Shown here: positions 30,801-45,150 of the stretch, one piece after another
Layout of the letters: each line of letters opens with the position of its first letter
How positions within the stretch are numbered: position 1 is the stretch's first letter
NCBI GenBank assembly: GCA_964016885.1
Contig: OZ024743.1
Span: 208,816,001 to 208,880,000, forward strand
Source of the DNA: Eledone cirrhosa
Lineage: Eukaryota
Direction: 5' to 3'
DNA: 64,000 nt
Notes under the pieces: generated by a model
Told to the model about the DNA's origin: nothing
The model's input: only the letters and a program-made list of their open reading frames with translations
Databases searched by the model: none
Made by a program: the position numbers and the translations under genes

Positions 30801-32300
30801 ACTCCATAAGATATACCACAGCTTACCATCCTATAGCCACACATGAAAGCTCTTCACTCCATAAGATATACCACAGTTTACCATCCTATAGCCAGATGAA
30901 AGCTTTTCACTCCATAAGATATACCACAGTTTACCATCCTATAGCCACACATGAAAGATCTTCACTCCATAAGATATACCACAGTTCACCATCCTATAGC
31001 CACACATGAAAGCTCTTCACTCCATAAGATATAACACGGTTTACCATCCTATGGCCACAGATGAAAGCTCTTCACTCCATAAGATATACCACAGTTTACC
31101 ATCCTATAGCCACACATGAAAGCTCTTCACTCCATAAGATATAACACAGTTTTCCATCCTATAGCCACACATGAAAGCTCTTCACTCCATAAGATATACC
31201 ACAGTTTACCATCCTATGGCTAGAGATGAAAGCTCTTCACTCTATAGGATATACCACAGTTTACCATCCTATAGCCACACATGAAAGCTCTTCACTCCAT
31301 AAGTTATACCACAGTTTACCATCCTATAGCCACACATGAAAGCTCTTCACTCCATGAGATATACCACAGTTTAACATTATATCGCCACAGATGAAAGCTC
31401 TTCACTCCATAAGATATACCACAGTTTACCATCCTATAGCCAGATGAAAGCTCTTCACTCAATAAGATATACCACAGTTTACCATCCTATAGCCACAGAT
31501 GAAAGCTCTTCACTCCATAAGATATACCACAATTTACCATCCTATAGTCACACATGAAAGCTCTTCACTCCTTAAGATATACCACAGTTTACCATCCTAT
31601 AGCCAGATGAAAGCTCTTCACTCCATAAGATATACCACAGTTTACCATCCTATAGCCACAGATGAAAGCTCTTCACTCCTAAAAGATATACCACAGTTTA
31701 ACATCCTATAGCCACAGATGAAAGCTGTTCACTCCATAAGATATACCACAATTTACCATCCTATAGCCACACATGAAAGCTCTTCACTCCATAAGATATA
31801 CCACAGTTTACCATCCTATAGCCACACATGGACGCTCTTCACTCCATGAGATATACCAAAGTTTACCATCCTATAGCCACACATGAAAGCACTTCACCCC
31901 ATAAGATACACCACAGTTTACCATCCTATAGCCAGATGAAAGATCTTCACTCCATAAGATATACCACAGTTTACCATCCTATAGCCACAAATGAAAGCTC
32001 TTCACTCCATAAGATATACCAAAGTTTACCATCCTATAGCCACACATGAAAGCTCTTCACTCCATAAGATATACCACAGTTTACCATCCTATAGCCACAG
32101 ATGAAAGCTCTTCACTCCATAAGATATACCACAGTTTACCATCCTATAGCCAGATGAAAGCTCTTCACTCCATAAGATATACCACAGTTTACCATCCTAT
32201 AGCCACGCATGAAAGCTCTTCACTCCATAAGATATACCAGTTTACCATCCTATAGCCACACATGAAATCTCTTCACTCCATAAGATATACCACAGTTTAC
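27900..32300. repeat. Duplicated block, offset 2572-2625 bp
   Basis: ORF pairs 28216/30788 (2572) and 28874/31499, 29203/31828, 29421/32046 (2625). Shared markers: the CCTAAAAG insertion, ATGGACGC, and the TACCAGTTT deletion. Confidence 0.85.
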
Positions 32301-35300
32301 CATCCTATAGCCACAGATGAAAGCTCTTCACTCCATAAGATATACCACAGTTTACGATCCTATAGCCACAGATGAAAGCTCTCCACTCCATAACATATAC
32401 CACAGTTTACCATCCTATAGCCACACATGAGAGCTCTTCACTCCATAAGATATACCACAGCTTACCATCCTATAGCCACACATGAAAGCTCTTCACTCCA
32501 TAAGATATACCCCATTTTACCATCCTATAGCCAGATGAAGGCTTTTCACTCCATAAGATATACCACAGTTTACCATCCTATAGCCACACATGAAAGATCT
32601 TCACTCCATAAGATATACCACAGTTCACCATCCTATAGCCACACATGAAAGCTCTTCACTCCATAAGATATACCACAGTTTACCATCCTATGGCCACAGA
32701 TGAAAGCTCTTCACTCCATAAGATATACCACAGTTTACCATCCTATAGCCACACATGAAAGCTCTTCACTCCATAAGATATAACACAGTTTTCCATCCTA
32801 TAGCCACACATGAAAGCTCTTCACTCCATAAGATATACCACAGTTTACCATCCTATGGCTAGAGATGAAAGCTCTTCACTCTATAGGATATACCACAGTT
32901 TACCATCCTATAGCCACACATGAAAGCTCTTCACTCCATAAGTTATACCACAGTTTACCATCCTCTAGCCACACATGAAAGCTCTTCACTCCATGAGATA
33001 TACCACAGTTTAACATCCTATCGCCACAGATGAAAGCTCTTCACTCCATAAGATATACCACAGTTTACCATCCTATAGCCAGATGAAAGCTCTTCACTCC
33101 ATAAGATATACCACAGTTTACCATCCTATAGCCACAGATGAAAGCTCTTCACTCCATAAGATATACCACAGTTTACCATCCTATAGTCACACATGAAAGC
33201 TCTTCACTCCTTAAGATATACCACAGTTTACCATCCTATAGCCAGATGAAAGCTCTTCACTCCATAAGATATACCACAGTTTACCATCCTATAGCCACAG
33301 ATGAAAGCTCTTCACTCCATAATATATACCACAGTTTAACATCCTATAGCCACAGATGAAAGCTGTTCACTCCATAAAATATACCACAATTTACCATCCT
33401 ATAGCCACACATGAAAGCTCTTCACTCCATAAGATATACCACAGTTTACCATCCTATAGCCACGCATGAAAGCTCTTCACTCCATAAGATATACCACAGT
33501 TTACCATCCTATAGCCACACATGAAAGCTCTTCACTCCATAAGATATACCACAGTTTACCATCGTATAGCCACAGATGAAAGCTCTTCACTCCATAAGAT
33601 ATACCACAGTTTACCATCCTATAGACACACATGAGAGCTCTTCACTCCATAACATATACAACAGTTTACCATCCTATAGACACACATGACAGCTCTTCAC
33701 TCCATAAGATATAACACAGTTTACCATCCTATAGCCACACATGAGAGCTCTTCACTCCATAAGATATACCACAGTTGACCATCCTATAGCCACACATGAA
33801 AGCTCTTCACTCCATAAGATATAGCACAGTTTCCAGTCCTATAGCCACAGATGAAAGCTCTTCACTCCATAAGATATACCACAGTTTACCATCCTATAGC
33901 CACACATGAAAGCTCTTCACTCCATAAGATATACCACAGTTTACCATCCTATAGCCACAGATGAAAGCTCTTCACTCCATAAGATATACCACAGTTTACC
34001 ATCCTATATCCAGATGAAAGCTCTTCACTCCATAAGATATACCACAGTTTACCATCCTATAGCCACGCATGAAAGCTCTTCACTCCATAAGATATACCAC
34101 CGTTTACCATCCTATAGCCACACATGAAATCTCTTCACTCCATAAGATATACCACAGTTTACCATCCTATAGCCACAGATGAAAGCTCTTCACTCCATAA
34201 GATATACCACAGTTTACGATCCTATAGCCACAGATGAAAGCTCTCCACTCCATAACATATACCACAGTTTACCATCCTATAGCCACACATGAGAGCTCTT
34301 CACTCCATAAGATATACCACAGCTTACCATCCTATAGCCACACATGAAAGCTCTTCACTCCATAAGATATACCACAGTTTACCATCCTATAGCCAGATGA
34401 AAGCTTTTCACTCCATAAGATATACCACAGTTTACCATCCTATAGCCACACATGAAAGATCTTCACTCCATAAGATATACCACAGTTCACCATCCTATAG
34501 CCACACATGAAAGCTCTTCACTCCATAAGATATAACACAGTTTACCATCCTATGGCCACAGATGAAAGCTCTTCACTCCATAAGATATACCACAGTTTAC
34601 CATCCTATAGCCACACATGAAAGCTCTTCACTCCATAAGATATAACACAGTTTTCCATCCTATAGCCACACATGAAAGCTCTTCACTCCATAAGATATAC
34701 CACAGTTTACCATCCTATGGCTAGAGATGAAAGCTCTTCACTCTATAGGATATACCACAGTTTACCATCCTATAGCCACACATGAAAGCTCTTCACTCCA
34801 TAAGTTATACCACAGTTTACCATCCTATAGCCACACATGAAAGCTCTTCACTCCATGAGATATACCACAGTTTAACATCATATCGCCACAGATGAAAGCT
34901 CTTCACTCCATAAGATATACCACAGTTTACCATCCTATAGCCAGATGAAAGCTCTTCACTCAATAAGATATACCACAGTTTACCATCCTATAGCCACAGA
35001 TGAAAGCTCTTCACTCCATAAGATATACCACAATTTACCATCCTATAGTCACACATGAAAGCTCTTCACTCCTTAAGATATACCACAGTTTACCATCCTA
35101 TAGCCAGATGAAAGCTCTTCACTCCATAAGATATACCACAGTTTACCATCCTATAGCCACAGATGAAAGCTCTTCACTCCTAAAAGATATACCACAGTTT
35201 AACATCCTATAGCCACAGATGAAAGCTGTTCACTCCATAAGATATACCACAATTTACCATCCTATAGCCACACATGAAAGCTCTTCACTCCATAAGATAT

Positions 35301-35650
35301 ACCACAGTTTACCATCCTATAGCCACACATGGACGCTCTTCACTCCATGAGATATACCAAAGTTTACCATCCTATAGCCACACTTGAAAGCACTTCACCC
35401 CATAAGATACACCACAGTTTACCATCCTATAGCCAGATGAAAGATCTTCACTCCATAAGATATACCACAGTTTACCATCCTATAGCCACAAATGAAAGCT
35501 CTTCACTCCATAAGATATACCAAAGTTTACCATCCTATAGCCACACATGAAAGCTCTTCACTCCATAAGATATACCACAGTTTACCATCCTATAGCCACA
35601 GATGAAAGCTCTTCACTCCATAAGATATACCACAGTTTACCATCCTATAG
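29950..35650. repeat. 2.2-kb block repeated at offset 3501 (about 29950-32150 and 33450-35650)
   Basis: ACGC at 29961/33462, GGCTAGAG at 31218/34719, and ORF pairs 30405/33906, 30788/34289, 31499/35000, 31828/35329. Both copies carry the private markers GTTGACC, TAGCACAG and TATATCCAG. Confidence 0.92.
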
Positions 35651-38600
35651 CCACACATGGAAGCTCTTCACTCCATGAGATATACCACAGTTTACCATCC
35701 TATAGCCACACATGAAAGCACTTCACCCCATAAGATATACCACAGTTTCCCATCCTATAGCCAGATGAAAGATCTTCACTCCATAAGATATACCACAGTT
35801 TACCATCCTATAGCCACAAATGAAAGCTCTTCAATCCATAAGATATACCAAAGTTTACCATCCTATAGCCAGATGAAAGCTCTTCACTCCATAAGATATA
35901 CCACAGTTTACCATCCTATAGCCACATATGAAAGCTCTTCACTCCATAAGATATACCACAGTTTACCATCCTATAACCACAGATGAAAGCTCTTCACTCC
36001 ATAAGATATACCACAGTTTACTATCCTATAGCCACACATGAGAGCTTTTCACTCCATAAGATATACCACAGTTCACCATCCTATGGCCACACATGAAAGC
36101 TCTTCACCCCATAAGATATACCACAGTTTACCATCCTTTAGCCAGATGAAACTTCTTCACTCCATAAGATATACCACAGTTTACCATCCTATAGCCAGAT
36201 GAAAGCTCTTCACTCCATAACATATACCACAGTTTACCATCCTATAGCCACACATGAAAGCTCTTCACTCCATAAGATATAACACAGTTTACCATCCTAT
36301 AGCCACAGATGAAAGTTCTTCACTCCATAAGATATACCACAGTTTACCATCCTATAGCCACATATGAAAGTTCTTCACTCCATAAGATATACCACAGTTT
36401 ACCATCCTATAGCCACAGATGAAAGCTCTTCACTCCATAAGATATATCACAGTTTACCATCCTATAGCCACACATGAGAGCTCTTCACTCCATAAGATAT
36501 ACCACAGTTTACCATCCTATAGCCACACATGAAAGCTCTTCACTCCATAAGATATACCACAGTTTACCATCCTATAGCCACAGATGAAAGCTCTTTAGTC
36601 CATAAGATATACCACAGTTTACCATCCTATAGCCACACATGAAAGCTCTTCACTCCATAAGATATACCACAGTTTACCATCCTATAGCCAGATGAAAGTT
36701 CTTCACTCCATAAGATATACCACAGTTTACCATCCTATAGCCACACATGAAAGCTCTTCACTCCATAAGATATACCACAGTTTACCAACCTATAGCCACA
36801 GATGAAAGCTCTTCACTCCATAAGATATACCACAGTTTACCATCCTATAGCCAGATGAAAGCTCTTCACTCCATAAGATATACCACAGTTTACCATCCTA
36901 TAGCCACGCATGAAAGCTCTTCACTCCATAAGATATACCACAGTTTACCATCCTATAGCCACACATGAAAGCTCTTCACTCCATAAGATATACCAAAGTT
37001 TACCATCCTATAGCCACAGATGAAAGCTCTTCACTCCATAAGATATACCACAGTTTACCATCCTATAGACACATATGAAAGCTCTTCACTCCATAAGATA
37101 TACCACAGTTTACCATCCTATAGCCACGCATGAAAGCTCTTCACTCCATAAGATATAACACAGTTTACAATCCTATAGTTACAGATGAAAGCTCTTCACT
37201 CCATAAGATATGCGACAGTTTACCATCCTATAGCCGCAGATGAAAGCTCTTCACTCCATAAGATATAACACAGTTTACCATCCTATAGCCACAGATGAAA
37301 GCTTTTCACTCCATAAGATATACCACAGTTTACCATCCTATAGCCACACATGAAAGCTCTTCACTCCATGAGATATACCACAGTTTACCATCCTATAGCC
37401 ACACATGAAAGCTCTTCACTCCATAAGATATACCACAGTTTACCATCCTATAGCCACACATGAAAGCTCTTCACTCCATAAGATATACCACAGTTTACCA
37501 TCCTATAGCCACAGATGAAAGCTCTTCACTCGATAAGATATACCACAGTTTACCATCCTATGGCTAGAGATGAAAGCTCTTCACTCTATAGGATATACCA
37601 CAGTTTACCATCCTATAGCCACACATGAAAGCTCTTCACTCCATAAGTTATACCACAGTTTACCATCATATAGCCACACATGAGAGCTCTTCACTCCATA
37701 AATATACCACAGTTTACCATCCTATAGCCACACATGAAAGCTCTTCACTCCATGAGATATACCACAGTTTAACATCCTATCGCCACAGATGAAAGCTCTT
37801 CACTCCATAAGATATACCACAGTTTACCATCCTATAGCCAGATGAAAGCTCTTCACTCCATAAGATATACCACAGTTTACCATCCTATAGCCACAGATGA
37901 AAGCTCTTCACTCCATAAGATATACCACAGTTTAACATCCTATAGCCACAGATGAAAGCTGTTCACTCCATAAGATATACCACAGTTTACCATCCTATAG
38001 CCACACATGAAAGCTCTTCACTCCATAAGATATACCACAGTTTACCATCCTATAGCCACACATGGAAGCTCTTCACTCCATGAGATATACCACAGTTTAC
38101 CATCCTATAGCCACACATGAAAGCTCTTCACCCCATAAGATATACCTCAGTTTACCATCCTATAGCCAGATGAAAGCTCTTCACTCCATAAGATATACCA
38201 CAGTTTACCATCCTATAGCCACAAATGAAAGCTCTTCACTCCATAAGATATACCATAGTTTACCATCCTATAGCCAGATGAAAGCTCTTCACTCCATAAG
38301 ATATACCACAGTTTACCATCCTATAGCCACACATGAAAGCTCTTCACTCCATAAGATATACCACAGTTTACCATCCTATAGCCACAGATGAAAGCTCTTC
38401 ACTCCATAAGATATACCACAGTTTACCATCCTATAGCCACACATGAAAGCTCTTCACTCCATAAGATATACCACAGTTTACCATCCTATAGCCACAGATG
38501 AAAGCTCTTCACTCCATAAGATATACCACAGTTTACCATCCTATAGCCAGATGAAAGCTCTTCACTCCATAAGATATACCACAGTTTACCATCCTATAGC

Positions 38601-39649
38601 CACGCATGAAAGCTCTTCACTCCATAAGATATACCACAGTTTACCATCCTATAGCCACACATGAAATCTCTTCACTCCATAAGATATACCACAGTTTACC
38701 ATTCTATAGCCACAGATGAAAGCTCTTCACTCCATAAGATATACCACAGTTTACGATCGTATAGCCACAGATGAAAGCTCTTCACTCCATAACATATACC
38801 ACAGTTTACCATCCTATAGCCACACATGAGAGCTCTTCACTCCATAAGATATACCACAGTTTAACATCCTATCGCCACAGATGAAAGCTCTTCACTCCAT
38901 AAGATATACCACAGTTTACCATCCTATAGCCAGATGAAAGCTCTTCACTCCATAAGATATACCACAGTTTACCATCCTATAGCCACAAATGAAAGCTCTT
39001 CACTCCATAAGATATACCACAGTTTACCATCCTATAGCTACGCCAGGGATGAAAGCTCTTCACTCCATAAGATATACCACAGTTTACCATCCTATAGCCA
39101 CAGATGAAAGCTCTTCACTCCATAAGATATACCACAGTTTACCATCCTATAGTCACACATGAAAGCTCTTCACTCCTTAAGATATACCACAGTTTACCAT
39201 CCTATAGCCACAGATGAAAGCTGTTCACTCCATAAGATATACCACAATTTACCATCCTATAGCCACACATGAAAGCTCTTCACTCCATAAGATATACCAC
39301 AGTTTACCATCCTATAGCCACACATGGAAGCTCTTCACTCCATGAGATATACCACAGTTTACCATCCTATAGCCACACATGAAAGCTCTTCACTCCATGA
39401 GATATACCACAGTTTACCATCCTATAGCCAGATGAAAGCTCTTCACTCCATAAGATATACCACAGTTTACCATCCTATAGCCACACATGAAAGCTCTTCA
39501 CTCCATAAGATATACCACAGTTTACCATCCTATGGCCACACATGAAAGCTCTTCACTCAATAAGATATACCACTGATTACCATACTATAGCCACAAATGA
39601 AAGCTCTTCACTCCATAAGATATACCAAAGTTTACCGTCCTATAGCCAG

Positions 39650-42600
39650 ATGAAAGTTCTTCACTCCATAAGATATACCACAGTTTACCATCCTATAGCC
39701 AGATGAAAGCTCTTCACTCCATAAGATATACCACAGTTTACCATCCTATAGCCACACATGAAAGCTCTTCACTCCATAAGATATAACACAGTTTACCATC
39801 CTATAGCCACAGATGAAAGTTCTTCACTCCATAAGATATACCAAAGTTTACCATCCTATAGCCACAGATGAAAGCTCTTCACTCCATAAGATATACCACA
39901 GTTTACCATCCTATAGCCACACATGAGAGCTCTTCACTCCATAAGATATACCACAGTTTACCATCCTATAGCCACACATGAAAGCTCTTCACCCCATAAG
40001 ATATACCACAGTTTACCATCCTATAGCCAGATGAAAGCTCTTCACTCCATAAGATATACCACAGTTTACCATCCTATAGCCACAAATGAAAGCTCTTCAC
40101 TCCATAAGATATACCAAAGTTTACCATCCTATAGCCAGATGAAAGCTCTTCACTCCATAAGATATACGACAGTTTACCATCCTATAGCCAGATGAAAGTT
40201 GTTCACTCCATAAGATATACCATAGTTTACCATCCTATAGCCAGATGAAAGCTCTTCACTCCATAAGATATACCACAGTTTACCATCCTATAGCCACACA
40301 TGAAAGCTCTTCACTCCATAAGATATACCACAGTTTACCATCCTATAGCCACAGATGAAAGCTCTTCACTCCATAAGATATACCACAGTTTACCATCCTA
40401 TAGCCACACATGAAAGCTCTTCACTCCATAAGATATACCACAGTTTACCATCCTATAGCCAGATGAAATTTCTTCACTCCATAAGATATACCACAGTTTA
40501 CCATCCTATAGCCACACATGAAAGCTCTTCACTCCATAAGATATACCACAGTTTACCATCCTATAGCCACACATGAAAGCTCTTCACTCCATAAGATATA
40601 CCACAGTTTACCATCCTATAGCCAGATGAAATTTCTTCACTCCATAAGATATACCACAGTTTACCATCCTATAGCCACACATGAAAGCTCTTCACTCCAT
40701 AAGATATACCACAGTTTACCATCCTATAGCCACAGATGAAAGCTCTTCACTCCATAAGATATACCACAGTTTACCATCCTATAGCCACGCATGAAAGCTC
40801 TTCACTCCATAAGATATACCACAGTTTAACATCCTATAGCCACACATGAAATCTCTTCACTCCATAAGATATACCACAGTTTACCATTCTATAGCCACAG
40901 ATGAAAGCTCTTCACTCCATAAGATATACCACAGTTTACGATCGTATAGCCACAGATGAAAGCTCTTCACTCCATAACATATACCACAGTTTACCATCCT
41001 ATAGCCACACATGAGAGCTCTTCACTCCATAAGATATACCACAGTTTAACATCCTATCGCCACAGATGAAAGCTCTTCACTCCATAAGATATACCACAGT
41101 TTACCATCCTATAGCCAGATGAAAGCTCTTCACTCCATAAGATATACCACAGTTTACCATCCTATAGCCACAAATGAAAGCTCTTCACTCCATAAGATAT
41201 ACCACAGTTTACCATCCTATAGCCACGCCACGGATGAAAGCTCTTCACTCCATAAGATATACCACAGTTTACCATCCTATAGCCACAGATGAAAGCTCTT
41301 CACTCCATAAGATATACCACAGTTTACCATCCTATAGTCACACATGAAAGCTCTTCACTCCTTAAGATATACCACAGTTTACCATCCTATAGCCACAGAT
41401 GAATGCTGTTCACTCCATAAGATATACCACAATTTACCATCCTATAGCCACACATGAAAGCTCTTCACTCCATAAGATATACCACAGTTTACCATCCTAT
41501 AGCCACACATGGAAGCTCTTCACTCCATGAGATATACCACAGTTTACCATCCTATAGACACACATGAAAGCTCTTCACTCCATAAGATATACCACAGTTT
41601 ACCATCCTATAGCCAGATGAAAGCTCTTCACTCCATAAGATATACCACAGTTTACCATCCTATAGCCACAGATGAAAGTTCTTCACTCCATAAGATATAC
41701 CACAGTTTACCATCCAATAGCCACAGATGAAAGCTCTTCACTCCATAAGACATACCACAGTTTACCATCCTATAACCACACATGAGAGCTCTTCACTCCA
41801 TAAGATATACCACAGTTTACCATCCTATAGCCACACATGGAAGCTCTTCACTCCATGAGATATACCACAGTTTACCATCCTATAGCCACACATGAAAGCT
41901 CTTCACCCCATAAGATATACCACAGTTTACCATCCTATAGCCAGATGAAAGCTCTTCACTCCATAAGATATACCACAGTTTACCATCCTATAGCCACAAA
42001 TGAAAGCTCTTCACTCCATAAGATATACCAAAGTTTACCATCCTATAGCCAGATGAAAGCTCTTCACTCCATAAGATATACCACAGTTTACCATCCTATA
42101 GCCAGATGAAAGTTCTTCACTCCATAAGATATACCATAGTTTACCATCCTATAGCCAGATGAAAGCTCTTCACTCCATAAGATATACCACAGTTTACCAT
42201 CCTATAGCCACACATGAAAGCTCTTCACTCCATAAGATATACCACAGTTTACCATCCTATAGCCACACATGAAAGCTCTTCACTCCATAAGATATACCAC
42301 AGTTTACCATCCTATAGCCAGATGAAAGTTCTTCACTCCATAAGATATACCACAGTTTACCATCCTATAGCCACACATGAAAGCTTTTCACTCCATAAGA
42401 TATACCACAGTTTACCATCCTATAGCCACAGATGAAAGTTCTTCACTCCATAAGATATACCACAGTTTACCATCCTATAGCCAGATGAAAGCTCTTCACT
42501 CCATAAGATATACCACAGTTTACCATCCTATAGCCACACATGAAAGCTCTTCACTCCATAAGATATAACACAGTTTACCATCCTATAGCCACAGATGAAA

Positions 42601-45150
42601 GTTCTTCACTCCATAAGATATACCACAGTTTACCATCCTATAGCCACAGATGAAAGCTCTTCACTCCATAAGATATACCACAGTTTACCATCCTATAGCC
42701 ACACATGAGAGCTCTTCACTCCATAAGATATACCACAGTTTACCATCCTATAGCCACACATGGAAGCTCTTCACTCCATGAGATATACCACAGTTTACCA
42801 TCCTATAGCCACACACGAAAGCTCTTCACCCCATAAGATATACCACAGTTTACCATCCTATAGCCAGATGAAAGCTCTTCACTCCATAAGATATACCACA
42901 GTTTACCATCCTATAGCCACAAATGAAAGCTCTTCACTCCATAAGATATACCAAAGTTTACCATCCTATAGCCAGATGAAAGCTCTTCACTCCATAAGAT
43001 ATACGACAGTTTACCATCCTATAGCCAGATGAAAGTTCTTCACTCCATAAGATATACCATAGTTTACCATCCTATAGCCAGATGAAAGCTCTTCACTCCA
43101 TAAGATATACCACAGTTTACCATCCTATAGCCACACATGAAAGCTCTTCACTCCATAAGATATACCACAGTTTACCATCCTATAGCCACAGATGAAAGCT
43201 CTTCACTCCATAAGATATACCACAGTTTACCATCCTATAGCCACACATGAAAGCTCTTCACTCCATAAGATATACCACAGTTTACCATCCTATAGCCAGA
43301 TGAAATTTCTTCACTCCATAAGATATACCACAGTTTACCATCCTATAGCCACACATGAAAGCTCTTCACTCCATAAGATATACCACAGTTTACCATCCTA
43401 TAGCCACAGATGAAAGCTCTTCACTCCATAAGATATACCACAGTTTACCATCCTATAGCCACGCATGAAAGCTCTTCACTCCATAAGATATACCACAGTT
43501 TAACATCCTATAGCCACACATGAAATCTCTTCACTCCATAAGATATACCACAGTTTACCATTCTATAGCCACAGATGAAAGCTCTTCACTCCATAAGATA
43601 TACCACAGTTTACGATCGTATAGCCACAGATGAAAGCTCTTCACTCCATAACATATACCACAGTTTACCATCCTATAGCCACACATGAGAGCTCTTCACT
43701 CCATAAGATATACCACAGTTTAACATCCTATCGCCACAGATGAAAGCTCTTCACTCCATAAGATATACCACAGTTTACCATCCTATAGCCAGATGAAAGC
43801 TCTTCACTCCATAAGATATACCACAGTTTACCATCCTATAGCCACAAATGAAAGCTCTTCACTCCATAAGATATACCACAGTTTACCATCCTATAGCCAC
43901 GCCACGGATGAAAGCTCTTCACTCCATAAGATATACCACAGTTTACCATCCTATAGCCACAGATGAAAGCTCTTCACTCCATAAGATATACCACAGTTTA
44001 CCATCCTATAGTCACACATGAAAGCTCTTCACTCCTTAAGATATACCACAGTTTACCATCCTATAGCCACAGATGAAAGCTGTTCACTCCATAAGATATA
44101 CCACAATTTACCATCCTATAGCCACACATGAAAGCTCTTCACTCCATAAGATATACCACAGTTTACCATCCTATAGCCACACATGGAAGCTCTTCACTCC
44201 ATGAGATATACCACAGTTTACCATCCTATAGACACACATGAAAGCTCTTCACTCCATAAGATATACCACAGTTTACCATCCTATAGCCAGATGAAAGCTC
44301 TTCACTCCATAAGATATACCACAGTTTACCATCCTATAGCCACAGATGAAAGTTCTTCACTCCATAAGATATACCACAGTTTACCATCCTATAGCCACAG
44401 ATGAAAGCTCTTCACTCCATAAGACATACCACAGTTTACCATCCTATAGCCACACATGAGAGCTCTTCACTCCATAAGATATACCACAGTTTACCATCCT
44501 ATAGCCACACATGGAAGCTCTTCACTCCATGAGATATACCACAGTTTACCATCCTATAGCCACACATGAAAGCTCTTCACCCCATAAGATATACCACAGT
44601 TTACCATCCTATAGCCAGATGAAAGCTCTTCACTCCATAAGATATACCACAGTTTACCATCCTATAGCCACAAATGAAAGCTCTTCACTCCATAAGATAT
44701 ACCAAAGTTTACCATCCTATAGCCAGATGAAAGCTCTTCACTCCATAAGATATACCACAGTTTACCATCCTATAGCCAGATGAAAGTTCTTCACTCCATA
44801 AGATATACCATAGTTTACCATCCTATAGCCAGATGAAAGCTCTTCACTCCATAAGATATACCACAGTTTACCATCCTATAGCCACACATGAAAGCTCTTC
44901 ACTCCATAAGATATACCACAGTTTACCATCCTATAGCCACACATGAAAGCTCTTCACTCCATAAGATATACCACAGTTTACCATCCTATAGCCAGATGAA
45001 AGTTCTTCACTCCATAAGATATACCACAGTTTACCATCCTGTAGCCACACATGAAAGGTTTTCACTCCATAAGATATACCACAGTTTACCATCCTATAGC
45101 CACAGATGAAAGCTCTTCACTCCATAAGATATACCACAGTTTACCATCCT
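39650..45150. repeat. Tandem duplication, core offset 2674 bp (2837 upstream of an internal 163-bp duplication)
   Basis: ORF pairs 40518/43192, 41509/44183, 41837/44511, 42214/44888 and 42377/45051 at offset 2674, and the 60-bp monomer at 41222/43896. ORF pair 40355/43192 gives 2837. Confidence 0.88.
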
